Shown piece after piece: positions 37,446 to 47,307 of a DNA stretch of 64,000 nucleotides. A program made the translations under genes and the position numbers. The notes under the pieces are model-generated. The model saw only the letters and a program-made list of their open reading frames with translations. It did not search any database and was not told the origin of the DNA. The DNA is from a virus (lineage: Duplodnaviria > Caudoviricetes), in the IMG/VR virus record IMGVR_UViG_3300033069_001745, positions 1-64,000 of that record; one strand, written 5' to 3'. Positions within the stretch are counted from its first letter, which is position 1; each line of letters opens with the position of its first letter.

Positions 37446-38141
37446 ATGAACACCGCACAGATCATCCCGGCGGCCCTGGAGCAGGATCTTGTCGAGGGCA
37501 AGATCGTCTCCTTGGCCGACCTCCGCAAGGTCCTGGCTCGCCCGGCGAGCACGGTTGTCGAAACGGTCACGGTTGCCCTTCCGGCGGCAGTGACCGCGGA
37601 AGAGTCCGCTGCCCTGGAGCGCCTGCCTCTGGTCTACGGCACCGTGGTGCCCGACACGAAGCGGCAGCTCTCGGGGGCGGAGCTGACTGCGCTCCACGGT
37701 GAGCGGACCACGCTCGATGTCATCGAGAAGATGGTCAAGGCTCGCAAGGAAGACATCCGCGACACCATCGTGAACCACTTCGACGAGCGCCTGCGGGAGG
37801 ACGGCGACACCGAAGGGGCCTTCATCGACGACCGGGGCCACTTCACGGTGGCTGCTCACCAGAACATCGACGGGACCAAGAAGTGCTGGTCCTGGGAGGT
37901 GCGGGAGGGCTCCGGCGGGGACATCTCCGAGACAGCTCTCAAGGCGCTCGCTGACGACCCGGACTCGCCGCTCACCCATGACGACTACTTGGCCATGACG
38001 ACCCCGGTGCGCCTGGTCGATGAGCACAAGCTGATGCTGCACCTGCGCAAGCGGCCCGAGCTGGTGGGGGAGCTGTCCAAGGCCATCTCCGCCAAGGGTG
38101 TCCCGGTGGGCTCGCTGTACGTGCGGGCTGCGAAGAAGTGA
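37446..38141 (+). CDS. Conserved-looking hypothetical phage protein
   Basis: 231 aa with normal codon usage, downstream of a promoter. Confidence 0.7.
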   Translation: MNTAQIIPAALEQDLVEGKIVSLADLRKVLARPASTVVETVTVALPAAVTAEESAALERLPLVYGTVVPDTKRQLSGAELTALHGERTTLDVIEKMVKARKEDIRDTIVNHFDERLREDGDTEGAFIDDRGHFTVAAHQNIDGTKKCWSWEVREGSGGDISETALKALADDPDSPLTHDDYLAMTTPVRLVDEHKLMLHLRKRPELVGELSKAISAKGVPVGSLYVRAAKK

Positions 38142-38572
38142 CCGGTCCGGCTGCGGCACCTCAACCTCCCGAGGTGCCGCAGAAGTTCCCAACCGACCCC
38201 TTCGTGCGCATCGTGCTGGTGGATCGAGACATCGATCCGTCGGCACGATTGTTCGCGGGTATAAGCATGGATCGATCACCGACGTTCTCGGTCTCCGAGG
38301 TGGCGAAGGTGTTCTTCGCCCGGACCGATCACTGGGTACGCTGGCGGGAGCGGGTGGGTGACCTCTCCGACACCGATGGAACCCCGATCGGACAACGAAC
38401 CCAGCACGGGGCCCGGTTCTACGACCTGGCCGACGTGGAAGCAGTGTTGCACGCCGCGGCGGCCCATGGGGCGATCACCGGGGCGCAGCTCTACACCGGG
38501 CTCAAGATTGCCCACGCAATCTCGCTCAGCTATGGGATTCTTACGGCGTCGGATAACGCCAACCTGATCTGA
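38138..38572 (+). CDS. MerR-like HTH DNA-binding protein
   Basis: FSVSEVAKVFFARTDHWVRWRE...GARFYDLADVE. Confidence 0.7.
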   Translation: MTGPAAAPQPPEVPQKFPTDPFVRIVLVDRDIDPSARLFAGISMDRSPTFSVSEVAKVFFARTDHWVRWRERVGDLSDTDGTPIGQRTQHGARFYDLADVEAVLHAAAAHGAITGAQLYTGLKIAHAISLSYGILTASDNANLI

Positions 38573-38593
38573 CCGAGTCCTGGGGAAATATTT

Positions 38594-39208
38594 ATGTCTG
38601 AGTGCCGTCGCCTTGTCGATGAAGGTGTAGTCGCGTTCCCGTGCAGCCTGGGGTTGCCCGAGGGCCACGCCGGGCCCTGCGCAGCCAAGGAGAAGCCCGG
38701 ATCGATGCGCCGCCGGGCGCTCTGGGTGGAGGAGAACTTCCCGCCGGACTCGGGCTACGTCGAGCCGCGCCGTTCGGTGGAGTTCATGGTGGAGGAGGGG
38801 AGCATCTCCGATCCCCCGCGTCCCCGGACGCAACGTACCCCTGATCGGCCCTACGTTCCCGAACCCGAGCCCACCCCGGAGCCGGAACCCGCCCCCGAGC
38901 CCGTCCCTACGTTCACCCCCGAACCGGTGAACGGACACGAGCAAATGGTGGCTGATTTTCGGGCCAGCGATGCGGAGGAGCTGGCCGAGGAGGTACGAGT
39001 GCTCATCGCCAGCCGGGCAGCCGAACGTGATGCTGTGCTGCGCTCCTTGGTGCTCTTCGTGCCATCGGCCATGCTCCCCAGCGCCCGGGCCCATCTGGAC
39101 GCTGCGTACCGACTCATCGACTTGTGCACGAACATTGCTGACGTGTGCGCCCTGAGCCGGTGGGGGAGCCCGGTGACCCAGGAGGTAAGTGGGGATGCGT
39201 CCCGCTGA
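38594..39208 (+). CDS. Hypothetical protein with Pro-Glu linker
   Basis: 204 aa; CSLGLPEGHAGPC; PEPEPTPEPEPAPEP. Confidence 0.6.
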   Translation: MSECRRLVDEGVVAFPCSLGLPEGHAGPCAAKEKPGSMRRRALWVEENFPPDSGYVEPRRSVEFMVEEGSISDPPRPRTQRTPDRPYVPEPEPTPEPEPAPEPVPTFTPEPVNGHEQMVADFRASDAEELAEEVRVLIASRAAERDAVLRSLVLFVPSAMLPSARAHLDAAYRLIDLCTNIADVCALSRWGSPVTQEVSGDASR

Positions 39209-40088
39209 TCAGCGCTGGTTGGTCATCGACGGGACCAACCTGGGGATGCGTGCCGTGTTCGCCATGGCGGGCAAGACCCTCTCCGGCGGCGGGGAGAACA
39301 CCGGTCCCCTCCTGGTGTTCGCCCGGATGGTGCACCGGTACTGTCGTTTCGTCGACCCGACACACGTGGCGGTGTGTTGGGACAGCGGCCCCTCCTGGCG
39401 GGCCGACATCGACCCCGAGTACAAGGCCAACCGCCCGACCCACAGTGATCTCCCGAACCGCCGGGACTCGTTGCGCCTCATGCGCCAGTGGCTGGCCTTC
39501 GCCAACGTCTACCAGCTCGTCATGGCCGGGTTCGAGGCCGACGACCTCGTGGCCGGAGTGGTCAACGCGCTCCGGCCGGGACCTGAGCGGCCTCAGGTAG
39601 TCATGGTCTCGGGGGACAAGGATCTGCTCCAGCTCGTCGAGCAAGGGTGGGTGCGCCAGATACGCCCGACCCAGGGTATGACTCCCGAGGAGGAGTTGTG
39701 GGACGAAGCACGCGTGGCCTTGAAGACTGACGTAACCCGTGATGATCTGGTTCTGGCAAACGCTCTCGTGGGCGATACTTCCGATAACATTTCTGGGATT
39801 GCCGGTATCGGTCCGAAGCGTGCTGCTAGCCTCGTCAAAGCTAGTCGGGGCCGAATCGAGGACCTGATGGAACAACCGCGGTGCACAATGCATCGGGACT
39901 TGGTTGAGCGGAACATCGCACTGATGGACCTCCGCCATCCCCAGGTCATTCCGATGATTCCTGATGTACCCGAGTTTCGTCCGACCTCGCATGACGGCAT
40001 CGGCTGGGCGGCATACCAGACGTTCTTGCGCGACCACCGTCTGAGTACGCTGACCGAGCTAGTGGTCGGGCGAGAGGGAGTCTTCTAA
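39195..40088 (+). CDS. 5'-3' exonuclease / flap endonuclease (PolI N-terminal-like)
   Basis: VIDGTN; VCWD; YKANR; FEADD; SGDKDLLQL; LVGDTSDNISGIAGIGPK. Confidence 0.9.
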   Translation: MRPADQRWLVIDGTNLGMRAVFAMAGKTLSGGGENTGPLLVFARMVHRYCRFVDPTHVAVCWDSGPSWRADIDPEYKANRPTHSDLPNRRDSLRLMRQWLAFANVYQLVMAGFEADDLVAGVVNALRPGPERPQVVMVSGDKDLLQLVEQGWVRQIRPTQGMTPEEELWDEARVALKTDVTRDDLVLANALVGDTSDNISGIAGIGPKRAASLVKASRGRIEDLMEQPRCTMHRDLVERNIALMDLRHPQVIPMIPDVPEFRPTSHDGIGWAAYQTFLRDHRLSTLTELVVGREGVF

Positions 40089-40450
40089 TGGCCGGGTTTC
40101 GTGGTTACCGCAGTGATCTGTCCGACACCGTGGTGCAGCCGGAGGATCATGTGCGTCTGCGCATGACCGCCAAGGGTCAGGACGGGGTGTTGCACGAGGC
40201 GCAGATCGACATCGCGTGGAGCGAGCTGGAGTCGGTGCTTCCGACGCTCCATGACGGCTCGACGCTGGATCTGAAGGTGTACGGCAAGCGGGGGCGCCGT
40301 CCCGGTACCAAGGTGGCCAAGAACGCCACCAAGAGCGCCCCGGCGGCTGCGGCATCGGTCGAGGTGGCTACGGCAGAAGCGGCAGCATCGACTCTCGGTG
40401 ATGCCCCTCAGCCGCCCCGCATCAATCCGTCGTTCGCCACCCAGGGCTGA
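40088..40450 (+). CDS. Hypothetical protein
   Basis: 120 aa with an Ala/Lys-rich tail; TAATG coupling. Confidence 0.6.
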   Translation: MAGFRGYRSDLSDTVVQPEDHVRLRMTAKGQDGVLHEAQIDIAWSELESVLPTLHDGSTLDLKVYGKRGRRPGTKVAKNATKSAPAAAASVEVATAEAAASTLGDAPQPPRINPSFATQG

Positions 40451-40554
40451 ACGATCGAGCAAGTCGTCAACTCTCGGTGTGTCATGTGACGATTGCCGCG
40501 TCTTGACGTTACAGAAGGGTTACGCTCTTCCGCACCCTAGGTGTGGAGAAGCGC

Positions 40555-41247
40555 ATGCGAGCCGTTCTTCCGCGACTTTTCGTCGTTTTGCTGATCGGGG
40601 TGTTCGGAGCGAGATCGGTGACCTTGGTGTCAGCCGATGACTCGTCACCGAGCACCCCGACGGCGTTGGTGCCCACCCCCGCTGATCTAGCGCACGAGCA
40701 GATCACCCAAGCGCTCGCTGTTATCTGGGTGGCCGAGCTGGAAGCCCAAGCTGCGGCCGAGGTACTAGCTCAGGCGCAAGAGATCGAGCGCGTGGAGCAG
40801 GAACGCCTAGCGGCCGAACAAGCCGAAGCTGAACGGGCGGCCGCCGAGGAGGCGCAGCGGGCTCAAGAAGAGCTTCGCCGGGCATCCATCGCACCCCAGG
40901 CCCAGCGGCGTACTACAGGCCGCTGGGAAGGCTGTGGAGCGCCCATGACGGCGGACCAAGGCGAGATGGAAGCCATCGTGCGGTGGGCCGCTGAGCAGTA
41001 CGGTGTCTCGGCAGCACAGCTCCTGCGTATACCACCTCGTGAATCGGGATGGAATCCCGATGTTCAGAACTGTTCTTCAGGTGCCTGCGGGCTATTTCAG
41101 CATCTTCCACAATACTGGGCAGGAAGAGCAGAGGCTATTGGTATGCCTGGGGCAGACTGTCGTGATCCACGGGCCAACGCTCTGGCGGCAGCCATGATGT
41201 TCGCATCCTCAGGGTTCAGGCCCTGGGCGCCCAGCGGACCGTACTGA
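40555..41247 (+). CDS. Exported coiled-coil protein with SLT-like lytic transglycosylase domain
   Basis: Signal peptide; EAERAAAEE coiled coil; RESGWNP...GACGLFQH...FRPW. Confidence 0.75.
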   Translation: MRAVLPRLFVVLLIGVFGARSVTLVSADDSSPSTPTALVPTPADLAHEQITQALAVIWVAELEAQAAAEVLAQAQEIERVEQERLAAEQAEAERAAAEEAQRAQEELRRASIAPQAQRRTTGRWEGCGAPMTADQGEMEAIVRWAAEQYGVSAAQLLRIPPRESGWNPDVQNCSSGACGLFQHLPQYWAGRAEAIGMPGADCRDPRANALAAAMMFASSGFRPWAPSGPY

Positions 41248-41263
41248 CGTTCGCTACATCGGG

Positions 41264-41292
41264 TTGAACGGCGGCCGGGTTGGGGGTACTAT
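41264..41292 (+). promoter_or_regulatory. Promoter of the replication operon
   Basis: TTGAAC-N17-TACTAT. Confidence 0.5.
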
Positions 41293-41360
41293 GCCACCCG
41301 CACGGGGGATCTTCTCGAAAGGCTGGTCCCCTTTATAGACTCCTGAAATAAGGATGCATC

Positions 41361-41762
41361 ATGCGCAACTTCCCGTGCGTGGTTGACGAATCGACCTCAT
41401 CGACCTCGTCAACTCTGGTGACGACGGTCTCGGTGCGGTCCGTACCGTCGGCGTCGCGGCTACACCTGCTGACCGAGGCGGAGCGCTGGGAGTGGCAACA
41501 CCTCCGGGACTTCGTGGTGGCCGAGATCCAAGCCAGACGGGGAGCGCAGACCTACGACCCAACCAAGCTGGTGGGGATCTTCAAGAGCTTCGCCAAACGC
41601 TGGGGGTCTGACGCCGGGCCGATCTCTCGCTACATCTTCGACGTGTGCGATGGGTTCTGGCTCGGGAAGGCGGTCACCGTGAACTCCTGGTGCAAGGCCA
41701 CTGATCCGTATTTCGCCAAGCCGATCGCTGAACGCTTGGAAGAGATTCGGAATTACCGCTAG
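41361..41762 (+). CDS. Hypothetical protein upstream of the helicase loader
   Basis: 133 aa; positioned before dnaC-like and dnaB. Confidence 0.65.
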   Translation: MRNFPCVVDESTSSTSSTLVTTVSVRSVPSASRLHLLTEAERWEWQHLRDFVVAEIQARRGAQTYDPTKLVGIFKSFAKRWGSDAGPISRYIFDVCDGFWLGKAVTVNSWCKATDPYFAKPIAERLEEIRNYR

Positions 41763-41800
41763 ACAAGCGGCACAAACAACAAACAAATCGAACTTCGTGG

Positions 41801-42709
41801 TTGAAGAAGATGCTGTACGAACTTCCTGAGCTTCCGCCTGTCGTGCGGACACTGCGCAACGATGAAAGCGATCGCCTGAATCGTTTGCGACCTGACCTTC
41901 CTCGGTCTCCCGATCAGTGCTCGATCTGTCATGGTACGGGCACGTTCAAATGGTTCGGGTGGTACACTCGTGACCCAGCGCTGATGTACTCGACGGTTGA
42001 CTATGCCTGTCGGTGCGACGACCATTGGATATTGCAGCGATGGCTGACTTTCCGAGGCATACAGGGATTGCATCAGAAGATGGATTGGCCCGATCTCTTC
42101 GGGCTCACCGCAGAGTCGTATGCGGCCTCGAATGAGTACGTGAAGAACTGGCCCCGGTATCGCAGCTACGGGATGGGCTTCTTCCTCCACGGTGATCATG
42201 GGGCGGGCAAGTCTTCGGTGGCTGCGGTGATGCTCAAGTCGATCATGGCGACCCACGGTGCCGATGGATTCTTCACGACGTTTGCCGAGATCATCGACAT
42301 GGTGCACGAGGGGTACCGGGATCAGGAGCACAAGGATTGGTTCCAGGCCCGGGTGCGATCGGCCGAGGTGCTCGTGCTCGACGACATCGGGCGAGAGCAC
42401 CAACAGAGCCAGTACCGGAGCAATGCCGAACTGCGGGCGATCGCCACGGCGACGGCCCGGAGCATGATTGACGACTTACTCCGGTTCCGTACTCATGCCA
42501 TGAAGCCGACCTTCATCACCTCGAACTTCTCGCTCGACGAAATCGGACAGAAGTACGGTGATAACATCCTTTCGTTGATGCACGAGGGAATGCAGCAATG
42601 CTTCTTCACCACGCCGGAGGGGGATTACCGGAAGAAGACTCAGGATCTTCGGCGGGCCAACATTGAACTCGGGCTCATTCAGCCGTTTATGATGTCGGTG
42701 GTCTCGTGA
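41801..42709 (+). CDS. DnaC/IstB-like helicase loader ATPase
   Basis: CSIC...CRC Zn motif; HGDHGAGKS; VLVLDDIGRE; TFITSN. Confidence 0.85.
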   Translation: MKKMLYELPELPPVVRTLRNDESDRLNRLRPDLPRSPDQCSICHGTGTFKWFGWYTRDPALMYSTVDYACRCDDHWILQRWLTFRGIQGLHQKMDWPDLFGLTAESYAASNEYVKNWPRYRSYGMGFFLHGDHGAGKSSVAAVMLKSIMATHGADGFFTTFAEIIDMVHEGYRDQEHKDWFQARVRSAEVLVLDDIGREHQQSQYRSNAELRAIATATARSMIDDLLRFRTHAMKPTFITSNFSLDEIGQKYGDNILSLMHEGMQQCFFTTPEGDYRKKTQDLRRANIELGLIQPFMMSVVS

Positions 42710-44004
42710 GTCGTTTGGCCGAGGTCTCCTTGGTCCAGAACCTCACTGACGAAGACAGCTTGGCGTACTTTGTGCGCGAGGGACTCGACCTCAGCTTGAT
42801 CTCCACCGATGCCTTGCGGGCGGTGGTCGCCTATGCCGAGGACTACTACACCAAGAGCGGGTACCGCACCGCTCCCACGGTGGCGGTGCTGCGGGAGAAG
42901 TTCGGGGACGAACTCGATCACCACGAGGTGAACCTCGACGCTGAGCCCGAGGCCACCATCGAGTGGGCCATCGAGGAGCTGAAGGGCTCATGGATCTACG
43001 CCGAGTCCTCGACGTGGACCAAGGACTTCATCCTCGACGTGGCCAAAGCTTCGGCGGCCGAGCGACCCGACGCCCTGGCCAGGCATGCCGATCTGCTCTT
43101 GCGTATCTCGAACGGCTTGGATAGCCGGATCTATCGCTCCGGGGTACGCGAGGGCTCCCAGACCGCCCTGAGGAATTACGAGGACCGGGCCGGGACGAGC
43201 GAGATTCGCGGCCTACGTTTCGGGCTCGAACAAGTAGACCGGCACACCTTTGGTGTGCATGGTGGTGAGCTAGCAATTGTAGCTGCGGGGCCAAAGATTG
43301 GGAAGAGCTTTTTCTTGGCTCACACTGCTTTGACAGAGTGGAACAATGGTCGTGATGTTATCCTCTTTACACTGGAGAACACCATCGACATGACGTGGGA
43401 TCGCATCGCTTGCATGGCGTGTGGCGTGTCCTACCGCGCCTGGCAGGCGGGAAGCGCAACCCCCGAGGACCTGGAACGTATCCACCACTGGCTGGCGCAC
43501 GTGGAGACCCGGAGCAACCAGTTGATCGTGGCCCAACCACCCCCGGGGCGCCGGAGCTTCGATGCCATGTTGGGGGAGGCCCGGGTGCACGGGGTGCAGT
43601 CGGTGCTCGTCGATCAGCTCACTTTCGTCGAGATGCCTGATCCCCGCAAGGCCAAGACCGAGCGCATCGGTGACGCTCTGCACCGGCTCAAGGCGCAGCT
43701 CAACCATGGCCGGGGCGAACCGCTCTCTTGCGTACTCGCTCATCAAGTGAACCGCGAGGGGGTCAAGTCGGCCGAGCGAGCGGGGCATCTGGAGATGTAT
43801 TTCATGGCCGACTCGGCCGAGATCGAGCGCACGGCAGACATGGTCTTCGGGATCTACGCCAGCCGCGACGACAAGGCGGTGCGCCGGGCCAAACTCCAAG
43901 TGCTCGCCGCCCGACGGTTCGACCCGAGGAACTGGGACTGCCGGTGGAACGTGGATCTGGGGATCTACAGCGCCATCAACGAGTTCACCATCAGTGCCTC
44001 GTGA
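42706..44004 (+). CDS. dnaB: DnaB-like replicative helicase
   Basis: AGPKIGKS; FTLE; LVDQL; AHQVNRE; SAEIERTAD. Confidence 0.9.
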   Translation: MSRLAEVSLVQNLTDEDSLAYFVREGLDLSLISTDALRAVVAYAEDYYTKSGYRTAPTVAVLREKFGDELDHHEVNLDAEPEATIEWAIEELKGSWIYAESSTWTKDFILDVAKASAAERPDALARHADLLLRISNGLDSRIYRSGVREGSQTALRNYEDRAGTSEIRGLRFGLEQVDRHTFGVHGGELAIVAAGPKIGKSFFLAHTALTEWNNGRDVILFTLENTIDMTWDRIACMACGVSYRAWQAGSATPEDLERIHHWLAHVETRSNQLIVAQPPPGRRSFDAMLGEARVHGVQSVLVDQLTFVEMPDPRKAKTERIGDALHRLKAQLNHGRGEPLSCVLAHQVNREGVKSAERAGHLEMYFMADSAEIERTADMVFGIYASRDDKAVRRAKLQVLAARRFDPRNWDCRWNVDLGIYSAINEFTISAS

Positions 44005-45098
44005 AGCCGACCCCGAATTTCCGCCGGGGGTCTGAGCCACCCGTTTACACCCGCTCCGGTGGGGGTGTGCCCTTCGCCACGTCCTTGATGTCGCTTGATG
44101 AGAAGCGCATGTTGGCCCGCCAGCTCCTGGCCGAGTTCGGGGTCACCTCGGTCACCGAGCGGGGCAACGAGATGATTGTGTCGTGCCCGCTGCCCTTCGG
44201 TGGGCATAGCAACGGTGATCGCAACCCTTCGGCCGCCTTTAACTTCGAGAAATTAACTTTCAATTGTTTGGGGTGTCAGAATAGCGGCGGGCTTCTGTGG
44301 TTCATTGGTGCCTGCCGTGGGGAAGAGTCCGAGCAGACTCGCCAGTGGCTCACCACCCAGATGGGGCATGACGACAGCGAGGAGGGCGTGCAGAAGCTCC
44401 TTGACTGGATCGACGCGGTCTACAGCCCCGAGATCGGTCTGGCGGCCCAGGTAATGCCCAAGATGTCGCTGCGGACGCTCGACCCCTGGTTGAAGCTGCA
44501 CCCGTGGGTTACTGAGGTGCGTCGGGTACCGGCCGAGACCGCTATGGCCTTCCGGGTGGGCTACGGCGAGTTCCGTACTCGGGTGGGTGACGACTGGGTC
44601 TCGTCGCACCGAGTGGTGCTCCCCCACATCTGGCGGGGTGATCTGGTGGGTTGGCAGACGCGGCGTCTCATTGATGACGGTACGCCGAAGTATCTTTCAT
44701 CGCCGGATTTCCCGAAGGATTTGACGATCTTCAATCACCATCCCCGGCAGTCGGTGGTAGTGGTGGAGTCCATGTTGAGTGTGCTCACCAAGTACCACCT
44801 CGATCCCCACATCGAGGCCACCTTCGGGGCCAAGGTCACCGATCGCCAGATCGAGCTGCTATCCGACCATCGAGATGTCACGTTATGGCTTGATAATGAT
44901 CAGGCGGGGTGGATTGCCACCCAACATCTTGGTGATGCGTTGGAGCGATACCTCCCGGTGTGGGTGGTACCATCGCCTTACGCGGCCGATGTTGGTGATC
45001 TGGACGACAGCACCTATCGCGAGCTGCTCGATCAGCGAATCCCCTATGCGCTGTGGCGCCCACCGGACGCCCTGACACCCTGGAGCCACTCATGCTGA
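44001..45098 (+). CDS. DNA primase (Zn finger plus TOPRIM)
   Basis: SCPLPFGGH...FNCLGC; VVVVES; WLDNDQAG; start is GTG 44001 or ATG 44088. Confidence 0.85.
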   Translation: MKPTPNFRRGSEPPVYTRSGGGVPFATSLMSLDEKRMLARQLLAEFGVTSVTERGNEMIVSCPLPFGGHSNGDRNPSAAFNFEKLTFNCLGCQNSGGLLWFIGACRGEESEQTRQWLTTQMGHDDSEEGVQKLLDWIDAVYSPEIGLAAQVMPKMSLRTLDPWLKLHPWVTEVRRVPAETAMAFRVGYGEFRTRVGDDWVSSHRVVLPHIWRGDLVGWQTRRLIDDGTPKYLSSPDFPKDLTIFNHHPRQSVVVVESMLSVLTKYHLDPHIEATFGAKVTDRQIELLSDHRDVTLWLDNDQAGWIATQHLGDALERYLPVWVVPSPYAADVGDLDDSTYRELLDQRIPYALWRPPDALTPWSHSC

Positions 45099-45229
45099 GG
45101 AAGTTCGGCACCGGTAAGATCATCCGCACCCCGAAGGTGGCGCAGCAGTTCCCTACGCCCACCCTCGAAGAGATCCAGCGGGACGGCGACGAGGACGAGA
45201 AGAAGACACCTGAGCAGGCAGAGTCGTGA
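45092..45229 (+). CDS. Small hypothetical protein (45 aa)
   Basis: MLRKFGTGKII...; overlaps both neighbours. Confidence 0.5.
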   Translation: MLRKFGTGKIIRTPKVAQQFPTPTLEEIQRDGDEDEKKTPEQAES

Positions 45230-46149
45230 CCTCGCCTACCGTCTTCCTCTGCGATACGTGCGCATCAGACGCCAAGGTCACGGGGGCGGAGCTGGTGGGC
45301 ACCCTGGGGTTGGATTCACTGTGCTCCTGGTGCGGGCAGTTGGCCTCAACCGTCTATACCGCCAAGGTGCTCGAACCGCTGCTCGGGCAGTATGGGCAGA
45401 TGGCGGCGTCGTGGTCGCTTGATCTCGATCTGGTCAACCGGGTCATCTGGGATGTGAACGGGTACTACCGAGAGCTGGGGGTTGACCCGCATGCCCCTCG
45501 GGAGACGCTACGAGAGGCGTATCGAGCCCGGGGGCGCCATGACGATCGACTCACCTACATCGCCAAGGTGCTCCTGAACCGGGAGACCCGCCGGGAGTAC
45601 GACGCACTCCAGATCGGCCAGTTGTGGTTCGATCCGTGGCTGTCTGCCGTGGTGCGCGATGCTGTGCTGGACGACGCCGTGCCGTCGTCCGAGCCCGATC
45701 CTCCCGAGCGTGAAGCTGCCGTTCGCCAGGAGCTGCGGGACCGCGAAGACCACCCCGTGGACCTCCGTCCTTCGGCTCAGGAGACGAGCAACGTCATGGC
45801 CGAGTGGGACGCTCACTGGGGCCATTACACGTTGTGCATCGGGCCCCGGGCGTGGCTGATGGCCCGCTGGCGCCTGATGCTGGCCATCGCTGCTCGATCC
45901 CTGGGGGTGCGTATCCCCGGGGTGCTCAAGGTCGGGGTGATGCGTTCCGAGGAGTCCTGGCAGGTGGTCGTGCAGCGCAGCGGGCCGATTTTCTTCCTCA
46001 ACGTGGACGTGGTTGCCACGACGGAGCTGGCGGAGGCTGCTATCGTCTCTCTTCGTTGGGATGCCGACGGGCGAGCGAGCGTGCGACACACTGCACCATG
46101 CCACCAGACTCATGCCGACGAACCAATGCACTACGCTGAACACCGCTGA
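45226..46149 (+). CDS. Protein with Zn finger and DnaJ-like J-domain lacking HPD
   Basis: CDTC...CSWC; YYRELGV....LREAYR....VLLNRETRREYD. Confidence 0.7.
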   Translation: MTSPTVFLCDTCASDAKVTGAELVGTLGLDSLCSWCGQLASTVYTAKVLEPLLGQYGQMAASWSLDLDLVNRVIWDVNGYYRELGVDPHAPRETLREAYRARGRHDDRLTYIAKVLLNRETRREYDALQIGQLWFDPWLSAVVRDAVLDDAVPSSEPDPPEREAAVRQELRDREDHPVDLRPSAQETSNVMAEWDAHWGHYTLCIGPRAWLMARWRLMLAIAARSLGVRIPGVLKVGVMRSEESWQVVVQRSGPIFFLNVDVVATTELAEAAIVSLRWDADGRASVRHTAPCHQTHADEPMHYAEHR

Positions 46150-46274
46150 ATTTCCCTGAACACAGAATTTCCCGCTGAGTACCGCTGATCATCCTTCGTG
46201 CAGTGAACATTGCTGATTTCGCTGAGCTTTAGCTGATTGTGCTGACTTCTTCTGCGCGCTGCTGATCACCCTGA
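46135..46274 (+). repeat. GCTGA/CCTGA array with about 10-bp periodicity
   Basis: Motifs at 46135, 46145, 46155, 46174, 46184, 46212, 46221, 46232, 46241, 46261 and 46270. Confidence 0.8.
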
Positions 46275-46294
46275 AACCCAAGGACACCCTGATT

Positions 46295-47206
46295 ATGAGC
46301 GCACCATCCTTCCGCCGTGGTGGCGATGCCGCCGAGGAAGCCAACAAGTTCACTTCGTTCAACCGGGAGAAATTCTTCTCGCTCGCTGACGGTGATAGCT
46401 GCTACGTGCGGTTCGTCACGGACGAGAACGAGTGGATCACGGTGGACCAGTACGCCTTCTTGCCCACCAAGCCAGCTCCGGCTGACTTCTCGGGTACGTG
46501 GCCCAAGAGCATGCCCGCTGTGTCGCGCTCCGACCCGGCCTTCGCCAACGTGTACAGCAACGACTACGTTGCGGAGTTCATGCGTGACGAGAAGGGCGTG
46601 CCCTACAAGACCACTGCCCGTTCCTGGGCTTATGCCTGCATGCGTGAGCAGGTCATCGAGAACGGTCGTGTCTCGGGGTACCGGGACAAGACGCGTGAGG
46701 TGAGCTTCGAGCGCGACGGCAAGACGGTCACCGAGACGATCAAGGACATCGTCATCATCAACATGGGGTGGAAGAATTTCTTTTCTCCCCTCAAGGGATT
46801 CGCTCGCGCCTACGGCACCGTTGTGGATCGCGACTACTGGATCGAGCGCCGGGGATCGGGAGTATCGACCACATACTCGATCGTGCCCATGGACGCCATC
46901 CCGGGCTACGACCTGCGCGACCCCGAAGTCGCCAAGCTCTACCCCATCGGTCAGCCGCTGGAGGATCTGGTGATCTCCCGCTCCAACGACGAGTATTACG
47001 CCCGTTTCTTCGATCATCGGGTGTCCGCTCCGGCGCAGAACAACTCGAACGGTGCTGCTCCGCAGGCTGCCCCGGCACCGACTCAGGCCGGACCTCCGCA
47101 GGCGTTGCCCCAGCAACCGACGAACGACATCGACCAGAGCCGTCTTCGGGCGCTCCAGGATCGAGTCATGGGGTACGCTCCGCCCGCTGCGCCCCAGGGC
47201 GCCTAG
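46295..47206 (+). CDS. Single-stranded DNA-binding protein (gp32-like), putative
   Basis: FFSLADGDSCYVRF; DYWIERRGSGVSTTYSI; low-complexity C-terminus; adjacent to the polymerase. Confidence 0.7.
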   Translation: MSAPSFRRGGDAAEEANKFTSFNREKFFSLADGDSCYVRFVTDENEWITVDQYAFLPTKPAPADFSGTWPKSMPAVSRSDPAFANVYSNDYVAEFMRDEKGVPYKTTARSWAYACMREQVIENGRVSGYRDKTREVSFERDGKTVTETIKDIVIINMGWKNFFSPLKGFARAYGTVVDRDYWIERRGSGVSTTYSIVPMDAIPGYDLRDPEVAKLYPIGQPLEDLVISRSNDEYYARFFDHRVSAPAQNNSNGAAPQAAPAPTQAGPPQALPQQPTNDIDQSRLRALQDRVMGYAPPAAPQGA

Positions 47207-47307
47207 ACCCACCGAGGGCCAAGGGGGTTCCCAGGAGGGCGGTGGGGCTGTTACCTCCGCTCTCCTGGGATCACTTCGTTCGTTCGACGCGCCTGGAAGA
47301 GGTTTCG

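Noticed and set aside
40503-40526. Promoter TTGACG...TACGCT
   Set aside because: The spacer is only 12 bp
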